NCBI GenBank assembly: GCA_023898585.1
Contig: CP060229.1
Location: 918,587-982,586, forward strand
From: Candidatus Nomurabacteria bacterium
GTDB lineage: Bacteria; Patescibacteriota; Minisyncoccia; Phycocordibacterales; UBA918
DNA length: 64,000 nt
Reading direction: 5' to 3'
Shown here: piece by piece, positions 1-9,070 of the stretch
Layout of the letters: every line of letters begins with the position of its first letter
Numbering within the stretch: position 1 is the stretch's first letter
Notes under the pieces: model-generated
Told to the model about the DNA's origin: nothing
The model's database searches: none
What the model saw: the letters and a program-made list of their open reading frames with translations, nothing else
Made by a program: the position numbers and the translations under genes

Positions 1-400
1 CACCTCCCGCTACACACAATTCAAGTGTGAGCACGTTTAGGTTAAATGAAACACCGACTTCTTCCGAACCACCACAAGTGGAAGTTGCAGTTAGGTCATT
101 TGTATCATCTAGAATGTCAACGTCTGCGGCTGTTATCGAACTGGTACCGGTAAAAGGTCCGTTCGAAAAATCAATAGTGATAGTTTGTCCGTTTGCTACT
201 CCAGTTGGAGTAATAAACGAAATGGTGTGATTAGAGACAACTCCTGGACCAGAGTCTGAAAGTGTGTCGCTAACAGAGGTGACATTGGCAGCTTCCACAA
301 AACGGAATGATGGTAGACCGACTGACCAAAGAAGTATGGCGAGGCCCACAATCGCTGCTGTTGCTTGGAGTACTGAGAACGTGTTGGACGCTCTATTCAT
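1..400 (-). CDS. Secreted protein, N-terminal 133 aa only; the gene runs off the window start. It has a signal peptide followed by a conserved N-terminal module (AANVTSVSDTLSDSGPGVVSNHTISF...).
   Basis: ATG at 400..398 on the minus strand. Manual translation gives MNRASNTFSVLQATAAIVGLAILLWSVGLPSFRFVEAANVTSVSDTLSDSGPG... with no stop down to position 1. The N-module is shared with the proteins at 34940..36889 and 38537..39667. Confidence 0.5.
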   Translation of the reverse strand, partial: MNRASNTFSVLQATAAIVGLAILLWSVGLPSFRFVEAANVTSVSDTLSDSGPGVVSNHTISFITPTGVANGQTITIDFSNGPFTGTSSITAADVDILDDTNDLTATSTCGGSEEVGVSFNLNVLTLELCVAGG

Positions 401-729
401 AGTACTCTACGTTGTATTACCCTACAATTTGTATTGAATTTGAGGATACAAACGAATACTTTTCAGTGATTCGTGCTATGCCCGGTCTCCACTCCGTGCA
501 TAATAAATGCATTGTAAGCATACCTACAAAGTAACACTTGGCTGAAGTGCTCACGCGAAAGCGCGTGCAGTAATGCTAATCGATTACCTCCTTTGCAAGT
601 ACATAGTTATTGTACGACATAGTAAAATTTTTTATCAAACTTATACACAAAATATAAAATAAAAACGTTTGCTTTTTGATAAATTCAGATACTGGAAAGT
701 GGTAGCATTGCCACAACAGACAAAGTTAT

Positions 730-1830
730 TTATCCAGTCCAGTTAAATAGTAATATAGAAAAGTCTTCCAGACCCACCCTACCGTTTCTGTTTATGTCAG
801 CCGGAGGATCTGAATCTCCGCCATTAGTTTGCCACCAGAAAATCAAAATCGAAAAATCAATAAGATTCACAAAACCGTCTCGATTAAGGTCTGATGGTGT
901 GGTCGCTTTGCCGTCAACACCAACAAACAGCTGTAGTGAGGAACTGAAGCTACTCCTGGTTGTGAGTGGTGGCGAACCTACCACAGCACGAGCTCGTAAA
1001 ATATGTTCACTTATTGAGACCCTTGATGTATCAAATACCACAGACCATTCACCGTTAGTGCCTGAAATTACTTCTTCTACAATTGCACTGTTATCGACAT
1101 GAAGTTCAATGGTACTTCTTGGATAACTTTGCCCCGAAACAATAACTTCTGCGCCTGGATCAACATTTTGATTAGGTACTGATATGGTGGGGGGTAAAAC
1201 TACGCCATTAACGTTTGTAATGGCGCCTTGAGTTACATCAAAAGTATTATTTAAAGTGATTGACCTATTTCCTTTGTTGTCAGTGGACCATATTCCAAGT
1301 GTAGCAGTGCCTGGAGAAGCTTTAGTACTAAACTCAAAATCTCCTTGGTTGTTAGCACCAACCGAACCAACAGAAACGGTATCTAGTAAAAAATTAACTG
1401 TCCGAGAGGGATAACCCCTACCCTTGATGTTGATAATTGTGTCTCCCAAATCTCTCGTTGAACCACCGCCACCGGATGAGCCACCGCCCGATGAGCCACC
1501 GCCTCCAGAACCGGCTGGTTCAATTTTGCAGATAGATGAGCAAAAATCTCCATCGTCATTGTTTCCATCGTCACACTCTTCAGCGTATACTGTTTGTAAA
1601 ATCCCATCCCCGCAGTATGGACCAAAAACACACTCCTCTGTACACTGTCTGCCGGCAATAGTTTGGCTATATGCTCCGGTTTCTCCAAGAACGTCACATT
1701 CTTCACCATCATCCACCAATTCATTACCGCAGATACTGATTGTCAGAGTGGTTGATGCCACAAAATTGGCTTCGGAAATAGATGGAATTGCTAGAAAAAA
1801 AAGCAATGTTATTATCCTCACCCCATACAT
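730..1830 (-). CDS. Secreted protein with Myxococcus-type cysteine-rich repeats (CGDG..EECDDGN..DGD.CS..C), a Gly/Ser linker, two Ig-like beta-sandwich domains and a C-terminal type-I-dockerin-like module.
   Basis: Signal peptide MYGVRIITLLFFLAIPSISEA. Repeats CGNELVDDGEECD.../CGDGILQTVYAEECDDGNNDDGDFCSSIC. The C-terminus DLNRDGFVNLIDFSIL...DINRNGRVGLEDFSILL matches the dockerin Ca-binding loop pattern D.N.DG..N..D in duplicate. It is a paralog of the C-terminal half of 34940..36889. Confidence 0.7.
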   Translation of the reverse strand: MYGVRIITLLFFLAIPSISEANFVASTTLTISICGNELVDDGEECDVLGETGAYSQTIAGRQCTEECVFGPYCGDGILQTVYAEECDDGNNDDGDFCSSICKIEPAGSGGGGSSGGGSSGGGGSTRDLGDTIINIKGRGYPSRTVNFLLDTVSVGSVGANNQGDFEFSTKASPGTATLGIWSTDNKGNRSITLNNTFDVTQGAITNVNGVVLPPTISVPNQNVDPGAEVIVSGQSYPRSTIELHVDNSAIVEEVISGTNGEWSVVFDTSRVSISEHILRARAVVGSPPLTTRSSFSSSLQLFVGVDGKATTPSDLNRDGFVNLIDFSILIFWWQTNGGDSDPPADINRNGRVGLEDFSILLFNWTG

Positions 1831-1831
1831 A

Positions 1832-2785
1832 TTACCTACTTACATCCTTCATTTTTCTACGATAATGCCAAACGTAAATACCAGCTATGATTAGGGAAAA
1901 GATCGGCAACAAAACTGACACCTTGTGAGACAAAGATAATCCGAAGAAACCAAATCCGGCCATTTGTAAAGTACCTTCGGGAAGAATATTTAAACTCAAA
2001 TCACCTTCCTGCTTCACCTCATCGCCATTATAAATTGTGTACCTCGCAATATACCCACCAGCCGGCAAGCGAGTCGGTATTTCAGCCACCACAGTTTCTG
2101 TCACATATGGCTTAATCTTCTTAATTCTTCCGATATTCTCCGTCTCTTCAAGTAATGCTTTGCCGGATCTGTCATAAATTCTGAATTCGACGCGTGATGG
2201 TGCGACATTAACATTTCCAGTGTTTTCGATCATCATGCTGAATCTGATTTTACCCGGGAAAAAGAGCCAGGCAAATTTTGAACCCTCATTCAAATCGGGG
2301 GCGGATATTCGCCTAACTCTAAAATCCTTAATCTGCTTGTCGATAACCGATAGTTCAATGTCAACCAAAGCTCCGAGCGAAATACTAACTGCTCCCGGTG
2401 CGACTTGGTCATCATCAGGCAGTGTTCTGATCCGAATACTGCCTTTGTACTCATCAAAAGGAGCGTCTCCTGGCACAGTTATCTTGACAGTCATGGGTAC
2501 TTTTTGAACACCTTGAGGGATCTTTATTTCACTGCCCTCAGCAATAACAATCCAATCTTCAATATCAGGTGCATCTACCACTATTTCTGCCTTTTGAGCG
2601 ACACTGGTGTCACTACGGACTAATAAAATCTGCTGTTCATAAACAGAATTTCTGGTCAAACTGGTGTTTTTAACGTAGGGCGGAGTAATACCAAAACCGG
2701 CCGATGCCTCATCAACACTGACGCTAAGAAATAGCGTAGATAATACAAAACAAAACAGCGTCAGCTTTTGCAAAAGAAAATTCAT
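1832..2785 (-). CDS. Cell-surface protein with an N-terminal signal peptide and a C-terminal TM anchor. It is possibly DUF916/DUF3324-like and a paralog of 37322..38413.
   Basis: MNFLLQKLTLFCFVLSTLFLSVSVDEASA signal. C-terminal hydrophobic LLPIFSLIIAGIYVWHY followed by RRKMKDVSR. Tightly coupled to the downstream gene (1 bp gap). Confidence 0.5.
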   Translation of the reverse strand: MNFLLQKLTLFCFVLSTLFLSVSVDEASAGFGITPPYVKNTSLTRNSVYEQQILLVRSDTSVAQKAEIVVDAPDIEDWIVIAEGSEIKIPQGVQKVPMTVKITVPGDAPFDEYKGSIRIRTLPDDDQVAPGAVSISLGALVDIELSVIDKQIKDFRVRRISAPDLNEGSKFAWLFFPGKIRFSMMIENTGNVNVAPSRVEFRIYDRSGKALLEETENIGRIKKIKPYVTETVVAEIPTRLPAGGYIARYTIYNGDEVKQEGDLSLNILPEGTLQMAGFGFFGLSLSHKVSVLLPIFSLIIAGIYVWHYRRKMKDVSR

Positions 2786-2889
2786 GTGCAGTCTTCACAT
2801 TATCTAAAATAAAAACCTAAAAATCAACAACCACTGTCTAATAACAGTGGTTGTGGTATGTGAGAAAAAGACGTGTATCTTCCAGAATT

Positions 2890-4761
2890 TTACCAGTCTG
2901 CAGTTTCTGCAGTCTTAGCGGTAAAGGTATTTAATCCGCTGTACGCACCGGCTAGTGTTATTGAAGCTGGTACTCTGATACCCCAATAAGTAATACCTCG
3001 TGGTACAGTAGCAAGCGGAGTAGTAGTGGCTTTCTTAACATCCAACTCTAACTCCTGATCTGTAGTGGAAGCAAGGATCAGTGCTATCGGGCTACCGTAA
3101 GCTAAAGAACTTGAACCAAACTTTTGCTCGAATTCCGGAATAGTTGAAGTTGCCGATACTGGACACTCTGTGGCCACACTGAATGTACCACACATTGATT
3201 CGCCTTTTACCAATTGATCGAGACCGGTGTTGCCAATGTTTACAATTGTTGATGTGGCTGATAATGTTCCAGTGTTCTGTCCTGGTTCAATCCCTCCGTA
3301 TGATATCTCATTTGCTAGGACATCAAGTGAGCTGAAGCTGACCAGTTCTTTTGGCGAAGAAGTAGTTGCCATGGTTCCTGTTGCGAAATCATCGTCTACA
3401 CCGGCTACTCCAGCACTCCAGTTTTGAGCGGCGAAAGGTGAGGTTACCGCCCCATCATCTGTTGGGTCCGCGATGAACCATAGTGGAAAAGTACAAGTGT
3501 AATCCATGTAGTCCTGACCGGGACCTGCACAAGTTGATGACGCAACACATGATAAATTCCAAGTAGTCGTCGCTACACCACTATCATAACAATTGTTGGG
3601 GTCGTAATTTGTGCCTGAACCGTCGCAAGTGCTGGACCCGATACCTGAACGGAATATGGTTATTAACATATCGTTAGGGTCCCTAAATTCACTTCCGGAA
3701 GCTGCGTTTATACAGCTATTGGCGTCGGTGACAGTAAAATTGATTGTACTAGATGGTGTTTCTGCGCCAGGCTGGTCAACGACTAAATCAGTACCTGGTC
3801 CAGCATTACCATAAATTTCTATATCTGCACCAACTACTACAGGGGGGACATTATTGACCGTGAAGTTTGCTTGTAGACCATTCGCGAGTGCTTCATGACC
3901 ATGTTTGTCGATCAAGAACCCAAACGCTGGATACACATCATCCCTAATTAGTGATGGTACTGTATAGGTGGCGCTGGCGTCAGACAGAACGCTAATGGTT
4001 GTTGAAGCAATAAACGTACCGCCACAAGTATCCGTTGACGTGCTGAACGAGTTAGAGTTACATACAATCAAGTAAATTTCATCTTCCCCTGGAACGGTAT
4101 CAGGATCGCTAGAAGTGGAGAAAAAAGTCAATGTTCCAGAAGGATCGACAGGTCCGTTATTGTCAAAATCTGACAATACAGGCCTCTTGTTCACATTAAA
4201 AGGTGATGAGTTAGTTGCACTTAAACCTTGGACTGGAATCACCGAACATCTCGGGTCAGTTGGGTCTCCGTCACAAACCCAGGCAAACCAATCGTTTGAC
4301 TCTCCGAATGGCGCTACTTCAGTGGTAGTGGTAGAAACATATGCTTGAGTTCCACTGATTGTGGCAGTTGACACACCCCACTGGATATTCGACGGGTGAC
4401 AAGTGGGAGCCGCGTTATTAACCGGTGTTGGAGAGGCGTTTGTACTGCAGATAAGAAGATAATAATCTGCTGCGTTGGCGTCCGTTCCTATTGCTGACCA
4501 CTGAATGCTGTAACTGGAATTTGTTGGAGTTGAAGTTGAGGATTCAACAACTTCGTAAGCACCCACTGTAAAGACTGGAGGGGTGTTGAGCACTGTGAGC
4601 GTTGTTGTAGCAACCCCGGCTGAGACTTTATTGAATTCCTTAGTCCCAACATCAAAAATGAAAGCAAACATAAAAACCAGTAGCCCGGCCAATGCTGTAA
4701 CTACGGTTATTTTTCCAGCAGTTTTTACGTATTGTGGAAGATTTTCGTTGTGGTAGGTCAT
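2890..4761 (-). CDS. Ser/Thr-rich membrane-anchored surface protein (N-terminal signal-anchor) of unknown function.
   Basis: 623-aa ORF. N-terminal TM ITVVTALAGLLVFMFAFIF. Ser/Thr/Asn/Gly-rich, Cys-containing extracellular region. Confidence 0.55.
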   Translation of the reverse strand: MTYHNENLPQYVKTAGKITVVTALAGLLVFMFAFIFDVGTKEFNKVSAGVATTTLTVLNTPPVFTVGAYEVVESSTSTPTNSSYSIQWSAIGTDANAADYYLLICSTNASPTPVNNAAPTCHPSNIQWGVSTATISGTQAYVSTTTTEVAPFGESNDWFAWVCDGDPTDPRCSVIPVQGLSATNSSPFNVNKRPVLSDFDNNGPVDPSGTLTFFSTSSDPDTVPGEDEIYLIVCNSNSFSTSTDTCGGTFIASTTISVLSDASATYTVPSLIRDDVYPAFGFLIDKHGHEALANGLQANFTVNNVPPVVVGADIEIYGNAGPGTDLVVDQPGAETPSSTINFTVTDANSCINAASGSEFRDPNDMLITIFRSGIGSSTCDGSGTNYDPNNCYDSGVATTTWNLSCVASSTCAGPGQDYMDYTCTFPLWFIADPTDDGAVTSPFAAQNWSAGVAGVDDDFATGTMATTSSPKELVSFSSLDVLANEISYGGIEPGQNTGTLSATSTIVNIGNTGLDQLVKGESMCGTFSVATECPVSATSTIPEFEQKFGSSSLAYGSPIALILASTTDQELELDVKKATTTPLATVPRGITYWGIRVPASITLAGAYSGLNTFTAKTAETADW

Positions 4762-4869
4762 GATAATAAATAAACAAATAACTAACTTTTCTTTATTGTA
4801 CCTAGTTGTAAGATAAATAACTGGTAGTTATACACATGGTACGTGTTAGCTGTGGATAAATCATAAATT

Positions 4870-6081
4870 TTACTCGTATCTAATAGCATCAAGCGGGTTC
4901 AGCGTAGAGGCCCGGCGGGCCGGAAAAATTCCCGTCAGGTACCCAACCGCTGCCGAGAAAACCGCAATAAAAAGAAGAAAATCCAACGGGAAAGAAAATA
5001 GAGTAACGGCCTGCCCGCCGTTTGAGATTGCTACAATATTTAAAAGTATATTAACTACAAAACCCAGAACTACTCCCATTATTATTCCAGTTAAACCTCC
5101 CAAAAAACCAACTACCACAGACTCGGAGACGAACAGATATTTAACATCATTTGGAGATGCACCAATGGTTCTCATGATGCCGATTTCTTTTGTGCGCTCA
5201 AGTAGCGTCACTGTCATGGTGTTGAACATACCGATAGCCGAAACTATAAGGGCAATTCCACCGAAGGTTGCCAAAACAACTTGGATTCCTTGAAAAATCT
5301 TTGAAGCTTGTTCAACGGTTTTTGACAAGGCGGAAACCCGGTAGCCCTCCAATAGTTTTTCCTCTACGCTTTTTAAATTTTCATTTGAGTCAACTCTGAC
5401 TTGGATGCGTTCATATTCTTCAATACCAACGTAATTACGAAGCTCCGGTAGCATCATCGTGGCGTTAAGTACCGCTTGCTCTTTAGTAATTCCCCTGACA
5501 GTATATTCTTTCTCAATTGCCACTTCGTTTACTTTGTCCGTACCATCGTTGGCGGGGACGAGAAGCCGAAACGATACTTTCTCTCCTACAAAATTATCTA
5601 TATCCTCGTCTGCAACACCGAATAACTTCAGAGTAGCAGGAGAAAGCATGATCGAATTGGTGTTACCAATATCATCGTTAACGAAGGTTTCCCCTGCATC
5701 AACGGTTATTCCTGAGTAGCGAAGATAAGGGGGCTCGACTCCTTGAATAAAGACATTACCGGTCAAACCTTTATAAGTGATCAGGGCAGGTATTCTAGCG
5801 AGTGGTGCCGCGTCAAGCACATTGTCCATTTTTTCAAACTCATCAACCGTGTCAGGAGTTAGATTCAAGCCGTGAGCTCCGACTGAAGAAACTCCGAGAG
5901 AAAGCAGTGAGTCGCCGAACACGATTTGTTCTAGAATGATTTGTTGCAAACCAAAACCCAATCCCACTAAGACAACAACCGCTCCAGTTCCTACTCCCAT
6001 ACCAAGAATAGTCAACCAAGTACGAAGTGGATTCGTCTTAAACATTCTGGTCGAGAGTTGTGCCAAATCTTGTATTCTCAT
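4870..6081 (-). CDS. ABC transporter permease, FtsX/MacB family (periplasmic MacB_PCD-like domain plus C-terminal FtsX 3-TM bundle).
   Basis: N-terminal TM, large extracytoplasmic domain, C-terminal TM cluster ...IMRTIGASPNDVKYLFVSESVVVGFLGG.... Start is 1 nt after the stop of the ATPase gene. Confidence 0.85.
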   Translation of the reverse strand: MRIQDLAQLSTRMFKTNPLRTWLTILGMGVGTGAVVVLVGLGFGLQQIILEQIVFGDSLLSLGVSSVGAHGLNLTPDTVDEFEKMDNVLDAAPLARIPALITYKGLTGNVFIQGVEPPYLRYSGITVDAGETFVNDDIGNTNSIMLSPATLKLFGVADEDIDNFVGEKVSFRLLVPANDGTDKVNEVAIEKEYTVRGITKEQAVLNATMMLPELRNYVGIEEYERIQVRVDSNENLKSVEEKLLEGYRVSALSKTVEQASKIFQGIQVVLATFGGIALIVSAIGMFNTMTVTLLERTKEIGIMRTIGASPNDVKYLFVSESVVVGFLGGLTGIIMGVVLGFVVNILLNIVAISNGGQAVTLFSFPLDFLLFIAVFSAAVGYLTGIFPARRASTLNPLDAIRYE

Positions 6082-6082
6082 A

Positions 6083-7405
6083 CTAACTTTTATAACTTAC
6101 ATCCACTCCTTGAGCGATGACTTTTTCGAAGTAACGAGTCATATCGTCCGCTTCAGCCTCACTTAAAGACAAACCTCCGGAGCGGATACTCTTAGTCATG
6201 CGAAGATTCATTTCATCTTCGTTAATAACACCAGTTACTCTATCCGCTATTAATTCGGCCATATTCTCGTCTTGTTCTTTTGAAAACTTTATTCTGTATT
6301 TCCCTGATAAATGATCACGCATTCGTTCAGCGAGAATATGTTGGCTGAAAAATACTCCGTCATTATCTTTTCGAGCTCTGTATCTTTTAATATCGGTCGC
6401 CTGGTCGATCATTTTACTGGCCACATTGACCATTCGTCTGGCTTCTTTTTCATCAATTTCTACGCCACCCCTCTCGAGCGGGAGAATCAAGCTTTTAATA
6501 AAAGCGTCACGATCGATTTTTCCTTGTAAAAATAAATCAGTAGAGTGTTCAAGCCTTATTATCTGGTCAAAAGAATAATCTTGGGTCAAGTAATTAACCA
6601 TACTCTTCACACGCAAAGTTTCTACTGAGTCATATGGGTACAATCGAGCCAATTGCTCAAGCTCAGTCACAATCGTCTCCCCTTCACTAACTGGCTTGAT
6701 CTGCTTGCGTTGCGGATTGACAACTTCACGAACGATATGTCCATCTTTCAAGTAATATACTCTATGCGCATACTTCAAATGAGCAGCGTTGTGAGAAACC
6801 ATGATAATAGTTCGGCGATCAAAAGTGTTAATCTCATCAATCTTATCCATTACTTGTTGTGTAGATATAGAATCAAGGTTTCCGGTCGGCTCATCAGCCA
6901 GGAGAATCTTCGGGTCATTAACCATTGATCGAGAAACCGATACGCGCTGTTGCTGACCTCCGGAAAGCATAGCCGGGATTTTGTGTGATACATGACCTAC
7001 TCCAAAGCGATCTAGAAGTGACTGCGCCCTTCTGTTACGCTTGGTTTTGTCGACATCACAAAAAATCATCGGCAATGCGACATTATCTAACACTGACAGT
7101 GAAGGTATCAAGTTAAATGACTGAAAGATAATACCCATGACATACCTCTGAAAGTAAACACGCTCAGCCGGTGGATAAGAATAGACGTCATCACCCTTTA
7201 CCAATAAAGTACCCTCCCCAGGCGGTAGCGAACCTTGAATAGCATACATCAGAGTTGATTTGCCACACCCCGAAGGGCCGAAGAGAATAATGTATTCGCC
7301 TTCGTAAATATCTGTATTAACACCAGTCAAAGCTTTAAATTCGTTTGACTTTCCTTTGTTGTAGATAATTGAAAGATCCCGACAGACGATGAGAGGTTTT
7401 GCCAT
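6083..7405 (-). CDS. ABC transporter ATP-binding protein (MacB/LolD/FtsE-like) with an unusual C-terminal extension of about 210 aa.
   Basis: Walker A GPSGCGKST, signature LSGGQQQRVSVSRS, Walker B ILLADEPTGNLD, H-loop MVSHN. A charged extension follows the NBD. Confidence 0.9.
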   Translation of the reverse strand: MAKPLIVCRDLSIIYNKGKSNEFKALTGVNTDIYEGEYIILFGPSGCGKSTLMYAIQGSLPPGEGTLLVKGDDVYSYPPAERVYFQRYVMGIIFQSFNLIPSLSVLDNVALPMIFCDVDKTKRNRRAQSLLDRFGVGHVSHKIPAMLSGGQQQRVSVSRSMVNDPKILLADEPTGNLDSISTQQVMDKIDEINTFDRRTIIMVSHNAAHLKYAHRVYYLKDGHIVREVVNPQRKQIKPVSEGETIVTELEQLARLYPYDSVETLRVKSMVNYLTQDYSFDQIIRLEHSTDLFLQGKIDRDAFIKSLILPLERGGVEIDEKEARRMVNVASKMIDQATDIKRYRARKDNDGVFFSQHILAERMRDHLSGKYRIKFSKEQDENMAELIADRVTGVINEDEMNLRMTKSIRSGGLSLSEAEADDMTRYFEKVIAQGVDVSYKS

Positions 7406-7477
7406 TTATACATTATGACATTGTGAAGTAGCTTTTTTTTCAGTCGTCCACAGAGTCAAATTTTTACAATAACTGAA

Positions 7478-9061
7478 TTAAACGTTCTTCACCCATCCAA
7501 ACGCACTTTCAAATTGTTCGATGATTAAATCAATAATATTTTTTTCCTGAATCGGTGTGAACAATACAAAATTTTCAGACCTAATATCATTACCAGATTC
7601 GTCTGTACAAGTGATGTAGAATTGATAGGCGGTTGCCGGGGCAAAATCAACCACCACTTCAACGTGATTCAGGGTGTACGATATTTGCTCTTTTTCTATA
7701 GTGTATGGCTCTGTACCCCCAGCAACTCCTTCTTGATAAGTCATTAAACAACTTGCTTCTTCGTCAGTGTCCCACTCGATAATAGTTTGGATTCTCGACT
7801 CTCCACCCGGAAACAAGGTGGATTCGTTGGTAACGTTCGTTATTATCGGTGGCGCTATATCACGCACAGTTATAAACTGAATTGGTTGGCTACGCACTCT
7901 ATCACCCCCGGAATTCTCAGCTGTCACGAAAGCCACGTACCTAGTACCTAGGGTCAAATCAGCCAATCTCATCTGATGTGTGGTCGACAGTGTAGGTCGA
8001 CCGACTGAATTTTGTGCTCCTGTAGTCTGGTCTTGATATTCTACAAGCGCCTTAGCGGGCACGTTTGTGTCCCAAGCCAGGGTCGCTGAATTCTCTTCGA
8101 CTTTTAGCACTCTTAGATTTCTTATGTCGGGCGCTGTCGCTTTAGTTTGAAAGGTATAGTTACGACTTTCTCCAGTTATATTATAAGTATCAGTGGAGAC
8201 GACCTTAAAGTCATATTCCGTGAAAGGATTTAGTCCAATGAGCTGTATCTCATGTTCAGTTGTGTTACCTTGAGTTGATTTCTGCGAGTAGGCGTAGTTA
8301 GTACCATCAAAACCTCTGCGGGGCGAGAACAACACTTCAGACGAAGCCTCCCTGTCCGTGGTCCAACGGATAATAGCGGTGGTGGTTTCTGGAATAACCG
8401 TTGGCGGACCGACGATTGTAAGGTCTTCCGTAATACCCTCAATCGCCTTGAGAGTTTCATTTAGAATTTCCTTCAGTTGTTCAGGGTTGGTAATTTCATT
8501 TATTTTTTCGATTATTTTGTGAGTTGTTTCGGAATCAATCTGCGATTCTGTTGCTATTTGCGTCTCGGGCCTCTTGTTGTCACCATCACCGGCTAAAGTA
8601 CCTTGCCCATCTCCCTGTGCTCTGTCTTGTCCGACATTTTCACCATCACCGGTTTGCGGAACACCGGATGTTTGAACTCGATAATCTGCTGAGATTCCTT
8701 GGTTGCCATCAGTGTCAGCAGACACAACTCGGAAGTAATAAACCCTACCCGGCTCAAGATCATCGAGCGTGATTGAATGGGAAGTTCTTTCAGCCACCGG
8801 TATGCGGACAATACCGTAGTCTGGCTTAAGGCCATAGTTAACAAGTGAATCAGCGTTTTCGTCGGTTGTCCAAGTAATCGTTACGCTGGTATCTGAAACA
8901 TCGGTTATTTCAACATTGTCGATGTCGGGAGCTGTAGTGTCGGCCGCAAGCGCAAAAGTGGCAGGTTGACCAGCAAGTAATATACCTAAAATAAGAACAA
9001 GGGATAAAAAACCTTTCATTACCGTAAGTGTAGCACGTGATATTTTTACAGAAAATAACAT
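7478..9061 (-). CDS. Secreted protein with about 4 fibronectin type III / purple-acid-phosphatase-N-like domains.
   Basis: Signal peptide. Repeated units like SVTITWTTDENADSLVNYG...LEPGRVYYFRVVSADTDGN, SATLAWDTNVPAKALVEY..., IIEWDTDEEASCLMTYQ.... Lies 9 bp downstream of the giant gene. Confidence 0.75.
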   Translation of the reverse strand: MLFSVKISRATLTVMKGFLSLVLILGILLAGQPATFALAADTTAPDIDNVEITDVSDTSVTITWTTDENADSLVNYGLKPDYGIVRIPVAERTSHSITLDDLEPGRVYYFRVVSADTDGNQGISADYRVQTSGVPQTGDGENVGQDRAQGDGQGTLAGDGDNKRPETQIATESQIDSETTHKIIEKINEITNPEQLKEILNETLKAIEGITEDLTIVGPPTVIPETTTAIIRWTTDREASSEVLFSPRRGFDGTNYAYSQKSTQGNTTEHEIQLIGLNPFTEYDFKVVSTDTYNITGESRNYTFQTKATAPDIRNLRVLKVEENSATLAWDTNVPAKALVEYQDQTTGAQNSVGRPTLSTTHQMRLADLTLGTRYVAFVTAENSGGDRVRSQPIQFITVRDIAPPIITNVTNESTLFPGGESRIQTIIEWDTDEEASCLMTYQEGVAGGTEPYTIEKEQISYTLNHVEVVVDFAPATAYQFYITCTDESGNDIRSENFVLFTPIQEKNIIDLIIEQFESAFGWVKNV

Positions 9062-9070
9062 ACTGGGAAA

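Noticed and set aside
27-230. Plus-strand 67-aa ORF at the window start.
   Set aside because: It is fully overlapped by a minus-strand ORF with a signal peptide that reads through to position 1 and shares a conserved module with two other proteins. The plus-strand ORF is an antisense shadow.
1440-1510. Short tandem repeats that might be mistaken for CRISPR or minisatellites. Similar tracts lie at 33790..33860 and 35700..35880.
   Set aside because: They are degenerate, 6-15-bp period, lie inside coding regions and have no spacer-repeat architecture or cas genes. They encode low-complexity linkers.
1424-1894. Plus-strand ORF encoding a Pro/Glu-rich peptide (EPPPPDEPPPDEPPPPEP). A second antisense ORF at 33348..33893 has GVGVGVGV repeats.
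   Set aside because: These are the reverse-complement readings of the Gly/Ser linker and the (TP)n linker of the minus-strand genes.
4870-7405. The ABC transporter as a type I secretion system for the giant protein.
   Set aside because: The giant protein has an N-terminal Sec-type signal. There is no C39 peptidase domain, no membrane-fusion protein gene and no C-terminal RTX-like secretion signal. The permease is FtsX/MacB-type.
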